64,000 bases of DNA, from the IMG/VR virus record IMGVR_UViG_3300025865_000001; one strand, written 5' to 3'. The notes below the pieces were generated by a model. The model did no database searches and was not told where the DNA came from. It saw only the letters and a program-made list of their open reading frames with translations. Origin of the DNA: an uncultured virus (IMG/VR IMGVR_UViG_3300025865_000001) (Duplodnaviria > Heunggongvirae > Uroviricota > Caudoviricetes). Position 1 is the first letter of the stretch; each line of letters starts with the position of its first letter. Made by a program: the position numbers and the translations under genes. Positions 57,544 through 64,000 of this stretch are shown piece by piece.

Positions 57544-60504
57544 ATGATACAGAAATTTGATACTTTGTTACAATATGAAATCCCAGATTATATTCTTTGC
57601 AATCCAGACGGAAGTAAACTATATAATCTTTCTGGAATCTATAACCGAGAAATTGGCTTACGCTTTAATGCAATTTCTACCATCAAGTTTACCGCTCAAA
57701 AGGTGCTTGATGGAGTTGATGCACCATATTATGATAAACTCGTTGGAAAACGAAGAATTTTTATAGATAATATTGGCGTTTTTATTATTACTAGTGTTGT
57801 AGAAACAAGTGATGGTGCAAATATCTCTAAAGATGTAGTGGCAAAATCTCTTGAATTTGAACTTTCATATAAAAAGATACTTTCATTAGAGGGAACTTGG
57901 CAATTCTATAACCCACTAGATACTACCATTAGTCTAATACATAAGATTATGTCTTATATTCCAAACTGGACAATTGGTACAATTGATGCTTCACTCATGA
58001 CTATGTTTAGAACATTCAATGAAAAAGATACTAGTGTTTATGCTTTATTGATGAGTGAGGTATCACAGGCTTATCAATGCGTATTTAGTTTTGATACTTT
58101 CAATCACAAGATTAGTGTGGCTAGTATTGACAATGCTGTTCAACGAACAGACATATTTTTATCTTATGGTAATTTATTAAAAAACACAAGTATTGATGAA
58201 AATTCAGACCAGATTGTAACTGCACTAAATGTATATGGTAAAGATGATTTGAGTATTAATCAAGTCAATCCGCTTGGGAGTGATACGATTTATAACTTTA
58301 GTTATTTTAAAAATAGTGCCTGGATGTCGCAAGGGCTTATTGATGCAATAAATGCTTGGGACATAAAGGTGGCTAGTTATGTAGTTACTTATGCGACACA
58401 GTTGACAGAATATATGACTCAACAACAGAGTATGAACGTTCTGAAAACTGCCCCTGCCGTATATTTTGACGCAGATAAAAAATTAATTAACCCAACTACT
58501 TCTGGCTTGTCTGCTTTGGAAACCAATTTAGCGAATAAGAGAAATCTATTAAAAATTCAAATTGACATGGGTAATACTGATGTCACGGTTTACCAAGATG
58601 CAGTTGCCTTAGCAGAGCAGTATGTGAATAGCAAAAATACGGCAATCGCAGCATTGCAACAACTTATGAATGCCAAGTTATCTCAACTTACTCAAATTAA
58701 TGATGAGGTCAAATTAGAAAGTAATTTTACTGTAGCACAATTATCAGAACTTAGCAACTTTATTTTTGCTGGTAGTTACGATAATAGAAATTTTCTCCAA
58801 ACAGAAAATATGAGTCTTACACAAATCCAGGATATGGCAATGGATTTATATGAACAAGGTAAAGTCATATCCAATAAAGTATGCTATCCACGAATAGAAT
58901 TTTCCCTAGATATCCATAACTTTATATTCTTAGAATATTTTAAACCATTTACAGACCAATTACAACTCGGCAGTTCAATTACTGTTGATATGGACGAAGA
59001 TGATGGGTTAATGTTTGCTCCTATCGTACTTGGGTTTGACTATAATTATGACGACCCAGAAAAGTTTAAATTCTTATTGAGTAATCGAATGCGCTTAGCT
59101 AATTCGGAAATTGAATTAGCGGATATTAGTAGCGATTCTGACAGGACGGTATCGGCAGTTAAATATACTGCTGGTGAATGGGGAAGTTGGACTGATGACG
59201 GTGAAAATACTGTTAACGGGTTTATTGAAGAGGCTTTAAACGCTTCACTTGATTCTCTCCTGTCTAGCGATAATCAGGAACTTACATTTACTAATGCTGG
59301 ATTGATTGGAAAACAAAAAACTGGTGATACGTATTCTCCACGACAGATTTGGCTTACAAGTAACCAATTGGCATTTACCAGAGATAATTGGGCACATGTA
59401 AATCTTGCTTTGGGAAATATTACGGTTGGTGGTCAATCTGTTTATGGTATTGTAGCAGATGCCGTTATAGGCAAACTGATTGTTGGCAACTCTTTGACCA
59501 TAGAGAACAATAATAAAACATTTACCGTTGATGGTACTGGTGTAAAACTTGTAAATGCTGATTTTGTATCAACAAGCACTACGACTAATGCCAAAATTAC
59601 AATTAGCCCAACTAATCCGTTGTTAGTACAAAAAAAAGATGCTGGCAATTGGATTAACCAATTTTCTGTTGACCAAAGCGGCAACATTACAATGATTGGC
59701 AACATTACGGCAACCAGTGGTACATTTACTGGTACTGTAAAGGCTACGTCTGGCAACATTGGCACTTGGACTATCGATGCTGCTGGCTTGACATATAATA
59801 ATGGCACTATGTATCTTAAGCCATCAGGTGTAAAACTTGGTGGAATGACGTATGTGGAAGCAACTGGCAAAACCACTTTTACTGGAGAACTCGTTGGTGC
59901 TAGCGGAACTTTTAGTGGAACTGTAAGTGCTGCAAATCTATTGGGAACAGTGCAGTGGAGTCAAATTGTTAATGTACCCATACCAGCTTCGCAGATTAAT
60001 GGTGGTAGCGGATATAGTTTAGGTGGATTTACTTTAGGCAGCTTGGCTCCTACCAGAATTGGTGCTGGGCGGTGGGATTTTGGAACTGGAAGTCTCGGTA
60101 GTACCGGTGGTGCTGGTGGTTCTTTAATATTTAATACTGCCGGTATGCTTGAAGCCTCTGGTGGCTCTATGGCTCTTGTAGGATTTGGTATAGGCATAGA
60201 TGCAAAGGGTGGTAATATCACCCTATATTCTAATGGTGTATATAGATATCCTGCCAGTTTTGCTAATTCAGTTTTATTTGTTGGTGACGGTGATGGCAGA
60301 TATGCTGCAATCACACATTATCATACTAGCACATATGCACCACTTACACATTATCATACTGGTTATGCATCAACTACCCATTATCATACCCAATATGCTA
60401 CTGGCAGTGGTGTCGGAGGATATGTTTATGTTGTATCTGCTGGTGGAGATGCAAAACGTTTAGATTTTACTAATGGTGTACTTACCAATATTTATGATTA
60501 CTAG
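57544..60504 (+). CDS. Tail-associated hub/spike protein
   Basis: 986 aa after distal tail; VNPLG, Gly-rich beta C-terminus with HYHT repeats. Confidence 0.75.
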   Translation: MIQKFDTLLQYEIPDYILCNPDGSKLYNLSGIYNREIGLRFNAISTIKFTAQKVLDGVDAPYYDKLVGKRRIFIDNIGVFIITSVVETSDGANISKDVVAKSLEFELSYKKILSLEGTWQFYNPLDTTISLIHKIMSYIPNWTIGTIDASLMTMFRTFNEKDTSVYALLMSEVSQAYQCVFSFDTFNHKISVASIDNAVQRTDIFLSYGNLLKNTSIDENSDQIVTALNVYGKDDLSINQVNPLGSDTIYNFSYFKNSAWMSQGLIDAINAWDIKVASYVVTYATQLTEYMTQQQSMNVLKTAPAVYFDADKKLINPTTSGLSALETNLANKRNLLKIQIDMGNTDVTVYQDAVALAEQYVNSKNTAIAALQQLMNAKLSQLTQINDEVKLESNFTVAQLSELSNFIFAGSYDNRNFLQTENMSLTQIQDMAMDLYEQGKVISNKVCYPRIEFSLDIHNFIFLEYFKPFTDQLQLGSSITVDMDEDDGLMFAPIVLGFDYNYDDPEKFKFLLSNRMRLANSEIELADISSDSDRTVSAVKYTAGEWGSWTDDGENTVNGFIEEALNASLDSLLSSDNQELTFTNAGLIGKQKTGDTYSPRQIWLTSNQLAFTRDNWAHVNLALGNITVGGQSVYGIVADAVIGKLIVGNSLTIENNNKTFTVDGTGVKLVNADFVSTSTTTNAKITISPTNPLLVQKKDAGNWINQFSVDQSGNITMIGNITATSGTFTGTVKATSGNIGTWTIDAAGLTYNNGTMYLKPSGVKLGGMTYVEATGKTTFTGELVGASGTFSGTVSAANLLGTVQWSQIVNVPIPASQINGGSGYSLGGFTLGSLAPTRIGAGRWDFGTGSLGSTGGAGGSLIFNTAGMLEASGGSMALVGFGIGIDAKGGNITLYSNGVYRYPASFANSVLFVGDGDGRYAAITHYHTSTYAPLTHYHTGYASTTHYHTQYATGSGVGGYVYVVSAGGDAKRLDFTNGVLTNIYDY

Positions 60505-60518
60505 GGAGTATAATAAAA

Positions 60519-60851
60519 ATGGAATTTCAAAAATCAGTTAATAATAAGCCAGATATTGCAAATGAAGACAACCTTCAAATTGGTACAGTCGATATTACTG
60601 GCAATCCACTCATCCTACATACAAAAGGGGGTAATATTATACTGGACTATGGCAATGGTGGCATATACAGGACGCCCGCCGTATTCGAGAATTCAGTCTT
60701 GTTTGTTGGTGACGGTGATGGCAGATATGCTTTAAAGGCGCATAAGCACAACGGAATTAACGGAACGTTTGATGTCGCAAAACAAGGCGGGGGGGGATAC
60801 AAACTTACTTTCATCGACGGTATTCTTACCGATTCGGCAGTGAATAGCTAA
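60519..60851 (+). CDS. Small protein paralogous to the spike C-terminus
   Basis: Shares NSVLFVGDGDGRYA and F..G.LT with the upstream gene. Confidence 0.7.
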   Translation: MEFQKSVNNKPDIANEDNLQIGTVDITGNPLILHTKGGNIILDYGNGGIYRTPAVFENSVLFVGDGDGRYALKAHKHNGINGTFDVAKQGGGGYKLTFIDGILTDSAVNS

Positions 60852-60871
60852 AACAGATAGGATGAAATAAA

Positions 60872-61093
60872 ATGCAATTTTATAAAATCAATGAGCAATG
60901 TTTGCAAAATCTACAAAAAATTGTAGGATTTTTGAGTGAAATTGAAGTAAAAGGTAAGAGTGTTCCTTATCTCTATATGGCTGGGCTAACTTTGGAATCT
61001 ACTCTTGAGCAAATTGGCAAAGATAACCAAGAAGAGCAAAAAGAGGAAATTCCAAAAGAAAATAAGGAGGTATTGGTGAATGACAACATGTGA
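60872..61093 (+). CDS. Hypothetical protein
   Basis: 73 aa. Confidence 0.6.
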   Translation: MQFYKINEQCLQNLQKIVGFLSEIEVKGKSVPYLYMAGLTLESTLEQIGKDNQEEQKEEIPKENKEVLVNDNM

Positions 61094-61448
61094 ATTAAGT
61101 GACACCAATGTTTTCAACGTAGACCCAATGGCATTTATTGCTGGCAGTTATCAGGAACTTCGTTTCCACATGTATGAAGATGATATGACTTCGCCTCTTC
61201 CGCTAACTGGCGCAACAAATATTGAATTAAGGGTTAGCTTATTTGGACAACCGGATTGGGTTGTTCTTACAAAAGTCGGAAGCAATGAAAATATTGACCC
61301 ATATAACATAGCTGTTATAAAGTTAACAACTAATGATACTTCTGCATTAAGCGGTAAATATATGTATCAATTAATTTTAACGGATATCAATAATGTGCTT
61401 TATATACCAGCGCAGGGTATCATGACTATATTAACACAAATTCAATAA
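61080..61448 (+). CDS. BppU-N-like baseplate protein
   Basis: PLPLTG...DTSALSGKY.YQ..L.D pattern. Confidence 0.55.
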   Translation: MTTCELSDTNVFNVDPMAFIAGSYQELRFHMYEDDMTSPLPLTGATNIELRVSLFGQPDWVVLTKVGSNENIDPYNIAVIKLTTNDTSALSGKYMYQLILTDINNVLYIPAQGIMTILTQIQ

Positions 61449-61459
61449 GGAGTATACAA

Positions 61460-61867
61460 ATGATTACTATTACCGCAGCAAATGCAGTACTAAATTTACT
61501 TTTAGGTGGGACGAATCTTAGTGTTCCATCAACATATTATGTAGGGTTATCAACTACGGCACTAACTAGCAACGGAACGGGATACACAGAACCTTCTGGA
61601 AATGGATATACTAGAGTTGGTGTCGCTAATAATAAGTCTAATTTTTCTTCTGCAACTAACGCCGCATTAACAAATTTATCGCAAATTACTTTTCCTGAAA
61701 CAACACCGGCTGGTTGGGGAACGATAACTTATGCTTTCTTAGCTGATTCTGCAAGTGCAGGAACTATATGGTATTACGAAGCCCTAACTACTTCACGTAT
61801 AATTCAGGCTAATGCTACCTTTATTTTTGTTGCCAATGCTCTTACATTTAAAATGATTAATACTTAA
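61460..61867 (+). CDS. Minor tail protein
   Basis: YVGLST..EPSGNGYTRV..ITFP..WGTIT motif common in siphovirus minor tail proteins. Confidence 0.7.
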   Translation: MITITAANAVLNLLLGGTNLSVPSTYYVGLSTTALTSNGTGYTEPSGNGYTRVGVANNKSNFSSATNAALTNLSQITFPETTPAGWGTITYAFLADSASAGTIWYYEALTTSRIIQANATFIFVANALTFKMINT

Positions 61868-61879
61868 TAAGGAGGTTAT

Positions 61880-62401
61880 ATGGCATCCAGTACCCGTAAC
61901 ATGTGGGTATATCTAAAAAAAATATGGCATTTTAATGCAAGTGCCGACGGCTTTCCTCCTGTCTATACTACATTCATGAGTATAAAAATACCATTTTCAA
62001 TTGAGGCTTTTGAATCTCTTGAAGAAAGAGTTCGTTCTTTAGATGTAAACATTGGATTTAAAGACCGTGTTGAAAATGGATTGGCTAAGTTGTTGGAGAT
62101 GATACGCCTTGATATGCCCATTCGCCATATTAGTATAATTACTAAAGTTACAGAAGTATTAAGGTATCTTGCTAATAATATTAATATACAAAGAGTATCA
62201 ATGGAGATGCTGGCTAAACTTACAGAGAAAGTATCGACGACAATCAATCTTTATTCTATTCGTATGAATGTTGATGGTTTTTCTGCCTTATGGCGTAAGG
62301 TTAAGGAATGGGACGACAATTTTACAGTTACACCAACCGTGTCTTATTATATGACAGATTGGGATAGTAGTACTTTTTCACAATTAGATATTATAGGATG
62401 A
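61880..62401 (+). CDS. Hypothetical tail-region protein
   Basis: AGGAGG RBS, 173 aa. Confidence 0.6.
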   Translation: MASSTRNMWVYLKKIWHFNASADGFPPVYTTFMSIKIPFSIEAFESLEERVRSLDVNIGFKDRVENGLAKLLEMIRLDMPIRHISIITKVTEVLRYLANNINIQRVSMEMLAKLTEKVSTTINLYSIRMNVDGFSALWRKVKEWDDNFTVTPTVSYYMTDWDSSTFSQLDIIG

Positions 62402-62440
62402 TAATATGATATATGCTTTTATTTATAGAAAGGAGTCATG

Positions 62441-64000
62441 ATGAGTACAACTCCTCATTTATCTTTAAATGTTTATGAAGCGGCAGATAATCCCTTAGTA
62501 AAAACTTGGCGTGATGATTTATCGCTAAATTCTGCCGGTTCTTCATTAGTAAAAATTGATACCTGGGCGGGACAAACAGAAACTCGACTTGGCGACCTAG
62601 AGGAATCTCGAAAAACTTTTAGAATTATTGCGACTTCTGCTGTCCAGGATAACTATACTGCAACCTCTGCTGAACTAGTCTCTTTAGTTGCCGGAATACA
62701 ATTACAATTCTCGGCAGACCAAGTTAACATCGGTGGTTCTACACTTAATATTAATTCTCTGGGTTCTAAAACGATACGTAAGATAAATAACCTTGGAACA
62801 ACGGTTGACCTTGAACTAAATGATATTATACCCAATAGAATGTATACATTTGAATATGATGGTACTATCTGGATTTTAAGGTCTGGGTTTACTGGTTCTC
62901 AAATTGTTATTAATGGTACGGTTGGAAATATTATTTCAATTGATGCTGAGAACAATCCAGCCGACTCTAATATTGCTATTGTTGGTGGAAAAATTACGTC
63001 TGCTGGTATTGCGTTGGGAAGTGGGATTGTTGATGATGGCACTGGTAATATTATGTTGTCTGATACGGGTGTTGCAGCAGGAACTTATGTTGGATTAACT
63101 GTAGATGGCAAGGGTAGGATTACAGAAGTCGCCACGCCTAACCCATCACCTACAGGAAATGAAATACTAATTTCAACCGATGGCGCATTATCATGGGATG
63201 CACAAGCCCCAGACAGTGCAAAACTTGGAGGTCAATTACCAGCATATTATTTATCAACCACTGCAAAGGCTGCCGATTCTGATAAACTCAATGGGCAATT
63301 AGCAAGTTATTACCTAACAACAACGGGCAAAGCTGCCGATGCTGATAAATTAGATAATTTGGATAGTGCCGATTTTTGGAAAAAAACAGACAATGTGACT
63401 GCTGACAAGGTGGATGATGCACACGCTTCCGCCACTCCTGCTGCTGCCACTATCCCCATTGCAGATGCGGGTGGCAAACTGGCGGTTGGATGGTTGCCTC
63501 TATGGCCAAATCGAAATATTATTATCAATGGTGGTTTTACCATCAATCAGCGTGGTCGTCTCTCTGGTACCGCTCTTGCCGTCGGAGTCTATGGGCACGA
63601 TAGATGGAAAGGTGGGTCGGCACAATACGCTGGTGACTATACTTTTACTCAACTTGCCAGCCCAACAGTAATAACATTTGTTGATGCAAACAGGTCTTTA
63701 ATTCAAGTGATAGAAGATAAGAATGTTTACGGTGGAACTTATATTCTATCATGGATAGGTACGGCGCAAGGAAGATATGCCGTCAACAGCGCCACGCCTG
63801 CTGGGGCTTACGCCGCCAGTCCAATTGTGATAACCGGACAAAATCCTGGTACTGTCATGTCAGTAGAGTTTAAGGGAGGGACACTTGGCGAAGTGCAACT
63901 TGAACTTGGTACAGTAAAAACAGCATTTGAGTTTAGACCGTTTCAGCAAGAATTAGCGCTGTGCCAGAGATATTGTCCATTCTGGACTTTGGCAGGAGAC
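62441..64000 (+). CDS. Tail fibre / receptor-binding protein, partial (runs off right edge)
   Basis: Read by hand: MSTTPHLSL...; AADSDKLNGQLASYY-type repeats, RNIIINGGF..NQRG, QLELG...ELALCQRY. Confidence 0.8.
   Translation, partial: MSTTPHLSLNVYEAADNPLVKTWRDDLSLNSAGSSLVKIDTWAGQTETRLGDLEESRKTFRIIATSAVQDNYTATSAELVSLVAGIQLQFSADQVNIGGSTLNINSLGSKTIRKINNLGTTVDLELNDIIPNRMYTFEYDGTIWILRSGFTGSQIVINGTVGNIISIDAENNPADSNIAIVGGKITSAGIALGSGIVDDGTGNIMLSDTGVAAGTYVGLTVDGKGRITEVATPNPSPTGNEILISTDGALSWDAQAPDSAKLGGQLPAYYLSTTAKAADSDKLNGQLASYYLTTTGKAADADKLDNLDSADFWKKTDNVTADKVDDAHASATPAAATIPIADAGGKLAVGWLPLWPNRNIIINGGFTINQRGRLSGTALAVGVYGHDRWKGGSAQYAGDYTFTQLASPTVITFVDANRSLIQVIEDKNVYGGTYILSWIGTAQGRYAVNSATPAGAYAASPIVITGQNPGTVMSVEFKGGTLGEVQLELGTVKTAFEFRPFQQELALCQRYCPFWTLAGD

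Noticed and set aside
60200..60851. Diversity-generating retroelement TR/VR pair
   Set aside because: No reverse transcriptase in the window and the differences are not confined to adenines

Overview
The window is part of a large AT-rich tailed-phage genome with SPbeta-like architecture. From left to right: (i) about 1-12 kb holds short early-type genes behind many near-consensus sigma70 promoters, including an M28-like peptidase, a DUF932 protein, a tRNA-Tyr and a cluster of structured non-coding RNA. (ii) About 11.5-13.7 kb is mostly non-coding and carries several repeat families, among them five tandem sigma54(RpoN)-consensus sites, six ~55-bp AT-rich units and a 17-bp tandem repeat. (iii) 16.8-25.5 kb is an array of 33 small paralogous ORFs that share an N-terminal (R)NEI(L/F)ExG(Q/E) motif but have very divergent bodies; several late members end in an SSB-like acidic-IPF tail. 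(iv) A YonO-like single-subunit RNA polymerase (DFDGD motif) precedes a siphovirus late operon: HU, metallophosphoesterase, terminase, portal, capsid, tail tube, holin/endolysin, RusA, tyrosine recombinase, 1750-aa tape measure, distal tail and fibres, with two free-standing GIY-YIG endonucleases. The paralog array is the best candidate for an undescribed system. All calls rest on motif recognition and synteny by eye; no database searches were run.
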